Of a stretch of 16,727 nt of DNA, positions 1 through 8,563 are shown one piece after another. Within the stretch, counting starts at the first letter, position 1, and each line of letters begins with the position of its first letter. The translations under genes and the position numbers were made by a program. This DNA comes from a bacterium (GTDB taxonomy: Bacteria; Hinthialibacterota; Hinthialibacteria; Hinthialibacterales; Hinthialibacteraceae). The stretch spans positions 1-16,727 of the forward strand of contig CAXXSM010000028.1 in NCBI GenBank assembly GCA_963663405.2. Direction: 5' to 3'. The notes below the pieces were generated by a model, which searched no databases, was not told the origin of the DNA, and saw only the letters and a program-made list of their open reading frames with translations.

Positions 1-1
1 T

Positions 2-97
2 CCAAAATGGAATCAATATGACGATCTCAATACAATTCCTAAAAAAGAATTGTACGTCGACAACAAGTATCCCTTAAAAGATCCTTGGCTTAAATAG
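2..97 (+). CDS. possible 3' end of an upstream gene (partial, unknown product)
   Basis: Frame open from the window edge (PKWNQYDDLNTIPKKELYVDNKYPLKDPWLK) to TAG at 95-97; a terminator-like hairpin follows at 251-287. Too short to assign. Confidence 0.35.
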   Translation, partial: PKWNQYDDLNTIPKKELYVDNKYPLKDPWLK

Positions 98-250
98 AAT
101 TCTTTGCTCAGGCTAGATGAAAAATATACAGGCTTTTGACGCAAGAATCGATTTAAGCGGCGCGAGAAAGAGAGTCGATATCCATACAAAAGTTATCGGC
201 CAACTTGGAAGAACCAGCGAAGATCATAGCGATCACCCACGAATCGGACC

Positions 251-287
251 AACTTCATACTTGATAATAAGTATGAAGTTTTTTTTT
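251..287 (+). terminator. intrinsic terminator-like hairpin
   Basis: Perfect 12-bp stem AACTTCATACTT (251-262) / AAGTATGAAGTT (269-280), 6-nt loop, T run extending to 287. Confidence 0.7.
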
Positions 288-465
288 GTATACGACAGAT
301 CTGAAATAAATCAAAAGAATTTCCAAATATCCAGACAATTAATAAGATTTGAAGGAAGAGGTCTTTATACGATTTCAAACCGATTTTCTATCTGTTCTGT
401 CATACGATCCCAGTGTGATTCAGCAATTTCAGAGAACACTCCCCCTCAAAAAAAAACTCTCCACT

Positions 466-505
466 TGAAATTTAATACCCATTTTTCCCTCTTGTATTTA
501 TGAAA
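466..505 (+). promoter_or_regulatory. 40-bp upstream box, copy 1
   Basis: 27/40 ungapped identity to 3671-3710, including the exact core CCCATTTTTCCC and TGAAA at both ends; lies just upstream of the GGAGG/ATG of the ATPase gene. Confidence 0.5.
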
Positions 506-529
506 CAGAAAATTCCGGAGGATCCTTTC

Positions 530-2987
530 ATGTCGACAATGGAAGAAGCAATGCTGAACCGGGTTCAGCCCTTATTGATCACAGCCAAAGCGGAACACAT
601 CATGTGCGCGGAAATGAAAAAAGGATGTCTACCGCATCTTTATCCTCAACCGGTCGCGCTGGAACCGGTGTATGAACCGATCGGGAAACAAGATCACGCG
701 CACTTGGAGACGGAACTGAAGGAAGCTGTCTTCGAAACCAAACCGAGTATCGATCAACTTCAACGCTTTACGATCTGGTTGACACCGGATTATCATCTAG
801 ACTGGCGGCAAAATGAGTTGTTTCTTAAACAACTCTATTCGGTATCAAACCGGATAGGATTGGAAATTGGGGGCAATCAAGACCAGATTCAATTGTCTTT
901 CCTGTGCCATCAGATTGACTGTGATACGCTGACCGCCGTGTTTCATGGCCATTTCGATCCTTGCGCCTTGACGCCCATCCACCAAATCCCACTCCAGGAT
1001 TTTGACTTGTCATCCTGGGATTCCGTCTCGTTTTATGATTTTTTACCCCCACCGCCGTATTCCCATCTACTCACACGTCCCCAAGAATTTCCCTGTTCGC
1101 CCTATGAAGCTTTTATGAATATGCTGTCTCAACTGCCATCCCATACCTATGCGTTTTGCCAAATTCTATTCCAACCAGTGCAAGCCCGCCATAATTGGCA
1201 TCGGAATGTCGAAATCCTGCAAGACCTGGAATATACCGTCAAATTAATGGGGAATGTCCGTAATCCTCAGTTGTATTCTCAGCAAGCGCCCTCTGGGGAT
1301 TTACATCATATGGCCCAAGATACCGACAGCAAAGCGCATAACGATAAGCCGTTTTTCTGCGCGGCGTTCCGAATTCTGGTCATGGATCGTGACGAACAAA
1401 AAAAACATCTCCACACGTTGGCGACTCTCGCCACGGTTTTTCAGCACGGCGGCCGCCCTTTCGCTGGAGTTTCGCACGCGGATTATCGAACTTTGCTTTC
1501 CTCCGAACAAATCCAGGAAATGTTCACCGCCGGATTAACCTACCGGCCTGGTTTTCTTTTGAATTCTTGGGAATTGGTGGGCCTGGCGCATTTTCCAGAG
1601 GTGGGATCCTTACTCGAAAAAAGGATTCCCATATTCTCGTTGGATCCGCTTACTTTAAACGCCGACGATTTGTCGAATGGGACCAAAAATTGGCAGTGTA
1701 TCACAGTTGGGGGTGGAAACACCCATTCATATCTCCCATTCCTTACGCATGCGGCATACGCATCTCATCGGTCAATCCGGCATGGGAAAATCGGCCCTAT
1801 TGGAGCAGATGATACTGGACGATATCGAGAAAGGTCATGGCTTGGTTCTGCTCGATCCGCATGGAGATTTGATCGAAAGACTGTTACGCCTTATTCCTGA
1901 ATCTCAGATAGACAAGGTAGTCTATTTCAATCCGGGGGATCCGGATTGGATTCCCTTGTGGAATCCTCTGGATGGCCAGCCCGGGCAGGATTTTTCCCGC
2001 ACCATGGAGGAACTGGTCGCCGCCTTCAAAAAAATCGAGACCGGCTGGGGAGATCGCCTTGAGCATTTGCTGCGATTCTCCTTTTTGTCTCTGCTCCAGT
2101 TGTCCGGAAAAACCTTGTTTGATGTCTGCGCTCTTCTACAGCATTCCCCCCAGGGCTATCGCTTGCGGAATGAAATCCTCGCCAAAATCCAAAATGAATC
2201 CATCCGGCAATATCTGGCAAAATGATTTTGCCACATATCGAAAAGAAGATTTGAGCCCTCCAAAACACAAATTGAGCAAATTGTTATTGGCGGGGAATGT
2301 CGGATTGATGCTCTCTCAACCGGTGAATCGATTTCCGTTCCGCTCATTCAAGGATCAAGGCAATATCGTGTATGGCGAATCTGGCTGCCATCGGCCCTGA
2401 ATCAAGAGATTTATTGGGCTGTTTCATGCTTTCCTTACTCCATATCGCCGCTTTGAGCCGCCAGGATACGCCGCGCGCAACATCGCAAACCTTTCTATAT
2501 CTACTGCGAAGAAGCGCATCGTTTTATGACGGACACAATTGAAGATTTGATTGCTGAAACACGGAAATACGAAGTGGGGCTGACTCTCGCGCATCAATAC
2601 TTGAGTCAATTCCGTATTGAAAAACAGGAGGCGTTGAACAATGTTGGATCCACAATTCTCTTTCGTATCGACGCGAAAGACGCGAAAACGTTAAGCAGGA
2701 ATCTCCGTGAGCGAGTCACACCGGACAGTTTCTATGCATTGGAAATTGGACAAGCCATTGGAAGAATCGGGACTGAGATTGTTCGCTTCAAAACGCCCAA
2801 TCCGCGCTCCATTCCTTCTAATACTAGTAGAGACAAAATCATCCGGGATTCAAGACAAAAGTATTACAAACCCATCCAGCAAGTCCAACAAGAAATTCAG
2901 CGGCTCTATCAGACCCCTTTATCCAATTCGTTTTTTCGCCGAACCGTTCGTCACTCCCAATCAAAACCTGAAGGATCCTTCGTATGA
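530..2987 (+). CDS. TrwB/VirD4 coupling-protein-like or HerA-like P-loop ATPase with long N-terminal domain (4 apparent +1 frameshifts)
   Basis: Joining ORFs 500-1900, 1677-2225, the end of 1972-2400, an unlisted frame and 2526-2987 gives RHTHLIGQSGMGKS (Walker A), LVLLDPHGDL, WNPL, FYIYCEEAHRF (Walker B) and ETRKYEVGLTLAHQYLSQ. Shifts near 1685, 2214, 2371 and 2477. GGAGG at 517-521 favours ATG 530 over 500. About 817 aa after removing 4 bases. Confidence 0.8.
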
Positions 2988-3604
2988 TGAATTCAAGTAT
3001 AAACAAAGAGGCTCAACGTATCGTTCAAACGATATTCCGTTCTCTTCAAGAAGAGAATCTACAGCGGAAGATCGACCGGCCGATCGATAAAGCCGCCAAA
3101 CAATATCCATTCCCCCAAACTGTTGAGTACACCTGCCAGAGACTCTTGCAGGAATTAGGCCGATTCCTTAATCACATCTACCTTCAGACCAAAACCTATA
3201 CACGTGAAATGAAGGCGAGGACCAAATCCAGGCCGAAGTTATGTCTCTTTTAGATCGCCATTTCCGGATACAATCATCCACCGGATTTCACACCGCTATC
3301 CTGGAAGCTACACGAATCGAAGAGAAACCATTTGAATATTTAGCGCTTCAACTCACACACATTCTGAAACAAAACCGGCGCATGCGCTACAAGAACTGGA
3401 TCATTACCCAACACGCGTCATGCTCTGACTGGGAAACGCAATGCGCAATCGTGTCTCCTGTTGATCGATCAATGGAAGCCGTATTTTCCTGACTGGTTTC
3501 AGGTATCTTCTCCGGCTCAATACGTCCATCTAATTCCTGAGTTCATCACTATGACTCTCCACAATGACAATATCCTCCAACAAATTATACGATTCGAATC
3601 ATGA
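2984..3604 (+). CDS. hypothetical protein, ~205 aa, split by 2 apparent frameshifts
   Basis: ATGA overlap with the ATPase stop. ORFs 2984-3253 and 3241-3492 plus a third frame (LLIDQWKPYFPDWFQ...QQIIRFES, stop 3602-3604) join into one reading with shifts near 3213 and 3457. Confidence 0.55.
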
Positions 3605-3670
3605 ATGCCTTATTCCTTGTCGACACAAGCGTCTTCGGATTTAAAAAAATCAGATTTTTTTTAGAAAACC

Positions 3671-3710
3671 TGAAAAATGATTCCCATTTTTCCCGCTATA
3701 TAGGGTGAAA
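3671..3710 (+). promoter_or_regulatory. 40-bp upstream box, copy 2
   Basis: Matches 466-505 at 27/40; ends ~50 nt upstream of the primase ATG; preceded by the dyad AAAAAAATC-A-GATTTTTTT (3643-3661). Confidence 0.5.
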
Positions 3711-3759
3711 GCGCATTTCAAAAAACGATGAAACCAACTCCATTGAAGGGAAAAGAACG

Positions 3760-4770
3760 ATGAGCGGAATGAGCAAACAACTCAAGATGAATGAGAAAGT
3801 GGCGCTTTTTGGCCGCCGTTTTTCAGGTTTACGGAACGTCTATGGGACTTACGATCCGAAAACTATGCGGTGTTGTGTCATCAAACAACCAGTGACCAAC
3901 AAGGTGTTGATCCATCATCTGAAAGGAACGCGGCCGTATGGAGTCTTTCTACTGATGGATGACCGCATTCGCGCCATCGCGGCCGATTTCGACCGGCTGG
4001 ATCCTGATCCCGTCGCTCAATTCGTTCACCGCGCTCAACACTATCAAATCCCTGCGTATGTCGAAGTCAGTAAATCCAAAGGATTTCATGTGTGGATTTT
4101 CTTCGATGAGCGAGGCGTTCCCGCTGCAAAAGCGCGGATGGTGATCCATCACATACTCCAAGAAATCGATTGCTCGGATGTAGAAGTCTTCCCCAAACAA
4201 GACCGGCTCAATTCGGCCAATCAATACGGAAATTTCATCAACGCGCCGCTGTTTGGTCAGTTAGTCCCACAAGGGAAAACCGTGTTTGTTGATTCCGGTG
4301 ATGCTTTTCGTCCATATCCAGACCAATGGGCGTTTCTTGAAAAGATTCAGTCAGTTCCTGAATTCCTTCTTGATGAAACGATCGAGATAAATGACCTTAA
4401 ACCGCTACAAGATGCGTTAAAAGTGGATGATATCGACGAGCGCAAATCCTTCACCTTGCCTCCTTGCGCCCGGGAAATACTCAATCAAGGCGTATGTGAG
4501 AATCAACGCGTCGCTTGTTTCCGGCTGGCCGTTCACCTAAAGCGCATCGGCTTTCCATTTGATATAGCGATGGTTGTCCTAAAAGTCTGGGCGATGAAAA
4601 ACCGGCCTGTCAATGGAAAGCAGAGAATTACCGATCGTGAAATCAAGTCGCAGGCGAAATGGGCCTATGAAAAAGAGTATCGCGGCTACGGCTGCGAGGA
4701 ACCTGTCATCAAATCCTTTTGTTCCAACGAGTGTCCTTTGTACCAAAAGAAAAATCAAAATCTCCAATAA
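3760..4770 (+). CDS. archaeo-eukaryotic primase (AEP) primase-polymerase, TOTE/CAPP-like, with Cys-rich PriL-like C-terminal domain
   Basis: Motifs AADFD (DxD), EVSKSKGFHVWIFF, EVFPKQD, GNFINAPL and TVFVD...PYPDQWAFL; C-terminal LPPC...YGC...FC...ECPL. Intact 336-aa ORF. Confidence 0.85.
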   Translation: MSGMSKQLKMNEKVALFGRRFSGLRNVYGTYDPKTMRCCVIKQPVTNKVLIHHLKGTRPYGVFLLMDDRIRAIAADFDRLDPDPVAQFVHRAQHYQIPAYVEVSKSKGFHVWIFFDERGVPAAKARMVIHHILQEIDCSDVEVFPKQDRLNSANQYGNFINAPLFGQLVPQGKTVFVDSGDAFRPYPDQWAFLEKIQSVPEFLLDETIEINDLKPLQDALKVDDIDERKSFTLPPCAREILNQGVCENQRVACFRLAVHLKRIGFPFDIAMVVLKVWAMKNRPVNGKQRITDREIKSQAKWAYEKEYRGYGCEEPVIKSFCSNECPLYQKKNQNLQ

Positions 4771-4786
4771 GAAAGGAAGAAAGACC

Positions 4787-5101
4787 ATGAAACCGAACAT
4801 CAATCTTGTCGCGGTATTCGAGCAGAAATTGGAAGAGGAAGAGCAGGAATTTCATTCGGGCACGTTAGATTTATCCGTATTCAAAAAAGTCAAAGGAGTC
4901 ATTCAGATCAAGTTGATCAAAGGCCATTTGCTTCCCACCTCTCTAGTCGGAAGTGATCCTGCGACACTCGAAAATCTGTACATGTTTGTCGAAGAAGAGC
5001 CCAATAATCGTTCTGAGGAGAAAATCAGTGAGACAAATTCGAAAATGGGGCAGAATCCCCATAAACCATCCTCTGAAATATTGAAAAAAATCGGTGGATA
5101 A
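4787..5101 (+). CDS. hypothetical protein, 104 aa
   Basis: ATG at 4787 follows a purine-rich GAAAGGAAG just after the primase stop; this is the non-overlapping part of listed ORF 4613-5101. No recognised motif. Confidence 0.6.
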   Translation: MKPNINLVAVFEQKLEEEEQEFHSGTLDLSVFKKVKGVIQIKLIKGHLLPTSLVGSDPATLENLYMFVEEEPNNRSEEKISETNSKMGQNPHKPSSEILKKIGG

Positions 5102-5106
5102 ATTGG

Positions 5107-5296
5107 ATTCAAATCAATGGACGGTTCCAACGATTTGAATGACGTTTCATTCGCTGGACGGATTGGTTGAGAAAATCCAAGGGTATGTATCTACCCACCA
5201 GAATTCAGATTTCTCAACCATATCTCTTTCGTTTTCTTTCCAGCGGTTCAGTGTCTATCAAGTCATCTTTCGAACCGCTGGGAAGAAAACAACGAA
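5107..5296. other. multi-hairpin non-coding segment (candidate origin or structured RNA)
   Basis: Three consecutive stems: ATTCAAATC/GATTTGAAT (5107-5140), TGGTTGAGAAA/TTTCTCAACCA (5164-5220, inner GGGTA/TACCC) and a 19-bp stem 5231-5249/5272-5290 with one G-T pair. Confidence 0.55.
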
Positions 5297-5382
5297 GTCA
5301 AGACAATGCGACGCGGATTACGAACCGTTATGGGATGAGATAAAGCAGACAAGAAGCAAGAAATTAGGAGTTGTGTAAGATC

Positions 5383-5598
5383 ATGAATGACAAATTGCTA
5401 ACCAGCCGTGAAGTGGCCCAAATGCTTGGTCTTTCTGTCGCATGGTGCGAGTATCATAGATGGAAGGGCGACGGAATTCCATTCATGAAATTGGGTAGAG
5501 TCGTCAGATATCGTGAGGTGGATGTTTTGGCCTGGATAGAATCGCATCCAAAAAGAAGAAACACTACGATGAGTGCTTATGACAAAGAAAAAGCATGA
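5383..5598 (+). CDS. excisionase/AlpA-like helix-turn-helix DNA-binding protein
   Basis: MNDKLLTSREVAQMLGLS...WKGDGIPFMKLGRVVRYREVDVLAWIE is the typical HTH_17/Xis pattern; AGGAG at 5366-5370 upstream (TTG 5371 is an alternative start). Confidence 0.88.
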   Translation: MNDKLLTSREVAQMLGLSVAWCEYHRWKGDGIPFMKLGRVVRYREVDVLAWIESHPKRRNTTMSAYDKEKA

Positions 5599-6600
5599 AA
5601 CTGATTCCATCGCTTACGGAAAAGCATTTCTCTCGATATGTTCACCTTTGAGTAGCATGGCGGTGAAATGTTCTTTTTTTGTAAATCCCCCCTTGGGCAT
5701 TGAACGTGTATCAATTTCACTTCAAATCAATCCTCACCTTTTTTTGAGCGATGATACGCACTGGCCCAATCAAACCGGAAGAGGGAAGATGCTTAAATCC
5801 CATGGGACCACGGGCATTTCTAGAAAAGGGAGTGGTTCCACTTCCATAATAGCTGGCCAGGTTTTCTGGGATCGGAGGCGGTTCTGTAAACGCCGAGACG
5901 CGATTGATCAACGTATTCGTAACTAGCGCGGTTAAATGATTTGCGCCAGATCGAGCTTTTCCAGTGATATCGAGTGTTTGATCCCGCATCCAGCATACAC
6001 CAACGTGGATTCCATTGATCTTGATTTCCACGATATTCCCTACGCTTCCTGGATCGAGTTGCAGCAGTATATCATCGGCGATATACATCGCAGGAAGATT
6101 GAAATCAATTTCATACCGGCCCGTTCCACTGAAATTCCTTGTGGCTGGATCTTCTGTCCAGGATACCAGATGAGTGACGGTTTTTTCCAATCGTGGGAAA
6201 CCACGATCCTCCAGGACCATTTTCAATTGCCCCGTGATGGTGAATGGCGCGGGTAGGTTATCAACTATTGTACTGTGCTGGGAAATCTCGTTACCTTGAA
6301 CCAAGGTTACATAGTGCGCGCCATTTTCGGATGCGATGGCTTCGACACGCATACCGTTAAGCCCAGTGATCTCATCAAAATTGGTCTGCGGGACATATCC
6401 TTCAACCTGTTTGTCGATAAATAGAATAAACGTAGATTCATACGGTGATAGACAAAGAGGAATCGTTATACCTTCTTCTTTCCGCTCGTAACGCCAAATA
6501 CGAGATACACCGCCTGTGTAAGGATTCCACCTCCACGGAGCCTTTCCTTTGACACGAAAAGTAACGGGAATTCGGCTTGGTTTATCTTGTATATTTGAAA

Positions 6601-8358
6601 CCTAAGCTGAGCGATTATGTGTGAATAATACTGATAAAAAACTGCGTAACGCTTTGATTTCTCATACGTTATACATATATGGCATTCATAATTTAATCTA
6701 ACCTATTGGGTGAGGGAAATCAATGGCGCGTTCCAAGAAAAAATCGAAACGAAATCCGGCTAAGATCACTAAAATTGGAGTCACCTCCGATGTGCTGACT
6801 TCGCGAGGAGGCCTCAACTTCTTTTCAAAGTATATTGAAAACATACAAATTCTTTCTGTCTTAGGAATGCTATTTGGCTCCATCCGAAAAAGTAAAAAAG
6901 GACAGTCAATCGAAACCATCTTAAAACAAGTGATCTGTAATTTAATGAATGGCATGAGCCGCCATTTGACTTACTTTGACCAATTGAAAACGGATCAAGG
7001 CTATACCGCCAGTCTCGAACTGACGCCGGAGGAGATGGTCTCCTCTCACAGCGTCAAACGATTTTTTAAAGCCTTTTCCATGCCCCTGGTTTGGGCGTTT
7101 CGCAAACTGTTGAAGCAACTGTTCCTGTGGCGGTTGCGGTTGGAGAAGCCACTCGTCATTTATCTCGGAATCGATTCAATGGTGATGGACAACGACGAAG
7201 CCAGCAAGCGGGATGGAGTGCAGCCGACGTACAAAAAAAAGAAAGGCTTTCACCCGTTGCAGATGACGTGGAAGCGAGTGATTATAGATGCGGTGTTCCG
7301 TGGAGGCAAGAAACATTGCAACCATGGAGAGACGGTGGCCAATATGGCGCGAGAAATCGTGAAACTCATCCGGAAAAAATATCGGAAAGACGTAGCCATC
7401 GTCTTTCTTCTGGATGGAGGATTTTTCGACGAAAAACTCTTCCAGGAATTTGAAGCGCTGAAGGTCGGGTATATCTGTGGGGGGAAACTCTACGAAGACC
7501 TTTCGGACTATGCCGAAAGCCGGGAGAAAGAAGAGTGGAAAAAGTATACCAATGGGAAAGACGGATGGGATTATTACGAGATGGAGGATCGGCGAGCGAG
7601 TTGGTCAAAATCGCGCCGCGCCATTTTCTGCCGCTTCACCCCGGAAGATCCGCAGCGAGTGTTTGACGCGTTTCGTCCCCTGACGATACTCTATACCAAC
7701 TTGGGGCAAGGTGAGTCGATTGACGAACAACTCCTATTCGTTGGTCGGCAGGATCTCATCCAGACCGAAAAGATCCTCGAATGCGCTCATGGACGGGGAC
7801 GGGATGAACTCGTCCATCGCGCCTTCAAGAACTTTGCCTTCGAGGCCCTACCGTTCCAGCGGTTCGCTCCGAATGCCGCCTACTATTACACAATGGTTGT
7901 CTCTCACTTTTTATACGAATGTTTCAAAGCAGATACATGTGAGGCGATCTTGCCTCTCGAAACGTATGCGTCGACTTTCCGACGAAAAGTAATTGATATC
8001 GCTTCAAAGATTGTTCGAAAGAGTGGAGAGATATGGATCAAGTTCACTCAGGCCACTTGGAACGATCTCCAACTCGATATACTCTGGGACCGATGTAAGA
8101 ATCCCCCTCAATTTGTTTGGACCTAAGTAAAAAAAAAGATAATTCCATCTTGAAGACCTGCCAATGTAACAGGATAAGTGCGCCTATAGGCTGTAAATTT
8201 CCACTCGACGACTCTTGTTCATACCCAACATTTCACTCACACGTTCTTTACTTACTGGATTTTCAATGAAATTTAACTTACATTTATCAAACAACATAGT
8301 TGATCTTTGTAATTTCATTTAAAGTGGATATTTTTCAAAAAGAATCGCTCAATTTAGG
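6601..8358 (+). mobile_element. IS1380-family insertion sequence (1758 bp)
   Basis: IRL CCTAAGCTGAGCGATT (6601-6616) and IRR AATCGCTCAATTTAGG (8343-8358) match at 14/16; 5-bp direct repeat TGAAA at 6596-6600 and 8359-8363. Confidence 0.9.
6723..8126 (+). CDS. IS1380-family DDE transposase
   Basis: 467 aa with LTSRGGL, GIDSMV, YKKKKGFHPL, LDGGFF and RGRDELVHRAFK...LPFQRFAPNAAY motifs characteristic of IS1380 transposases; inside terminal IRs. Confidence 0.9.
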   Translation: MARSKKKSKRNPAKITKIGVTSDVLTSRGGLNFFSKYIENIQILSVLGMLFGSIRKSKKGQSIETILKQVICNLMNGMSRHLTYFDQLKTDQGYTASLELTPEEMVSSHSVKRFFKAFSMPLVWAFRKLLKQLFLWRLRLEKPLVIYLGIDSMVMDNDEASKRDGVQPTYKKKKGFHPLQMTWKRVIIDAVFRGGKKHCNHGETVANMAREIVKLIRKKYRKDVAIVFLLDGGFFDEKLFQEFEALKVGYICGGKLYEDLSDYAESREKEEWKKYTNGKDGWDYYEMEDRRASWSKSRRAIFCRFTPEDPQRVFDAFRPLTILYTNLGQGESIDEQLLFVGRQDLIQTEKILECAHGRGRDELVHRAFKNFAFEALPFQRFAPNAAYYYTMVVSHFLYECFKADTCEAILPLETYASTFRRKVIDIASKIVRKSGEIWIKFTQATWNDLQLDILWDRCKNPPQFVWT

Positions 8359-8363
8359 TGAAA

Positions 8364-8563
8364 CAATCTCCTTATGCACTTTACTCTAGTGCCATTTTGA
8401 ATACGTGTATAGGCTCTATTGTTCTCAATTCAGAGGTGATTTTAGTAAGCCCAAACAATATCGTCTTAATGCTTCTTTGGCCCGTAATCACCACGATAGC
8501 GCCGTATTGGACCAAATCAAAGGAATTCCTTCAACTAGAGTAAAGTGAATATGCAATTTGAAA
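8364..8563. mobile_element. MITE-like 200-bp net insertion
   Basis: Not part of the glycosidase frame. Perfect 14-bp IR CACTTTACTCTAGT (8377-8390) / ACTAGAGTAAAGTG (8534-8547). After removing the IS1380 it is flanked by the direct repeat ATTTGAAACAA. Exact ends are ambiguous. Confidence 0.6.

Noticed and set aside
117-503. 128-aa ORF and its antisense 61-aa ORF
   Set aside because: They run through a terminator-like hairpin, poly-T/poly-A tracts and the upstream box; no protein signature.
2043-2052. GGCTGGGGAG matches the tRNA-Gln 3' end (possible att core)
   Set aside because: Only 10 bp and embedded in ATPase codons (G-W-G-D); consistent with chance.
2493-2525. Walker B reads CEEAH rather than DE, suggesting an inactive ATPase
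   Set aside because: EEAH is a common Walker B variant in HerA-like ATPases, so it is not evidence of inactivation.
5139-5378. 79-aa ORF
   Set aside because: No RBS or recognisable motif, and it overlaps the hairpin cluster; treated as non-coding.
8358-8543. 61-aa ORF
   Set aside because: It starts at the IS junction and lies inside the MITE-like insertion; likely incidental.
6601-8558. ISEcp1-type transposition unit (IS1380 plus 200 bp of captured DNA, TGAAA duplication)
   Set aside because: The distal end does not resemble the IRR (no terminal GG), the IS already has TGAAA immediately after its IRR followed by the native CAA, and the 200 bp has its own IR. Disfavoured but not excluded.
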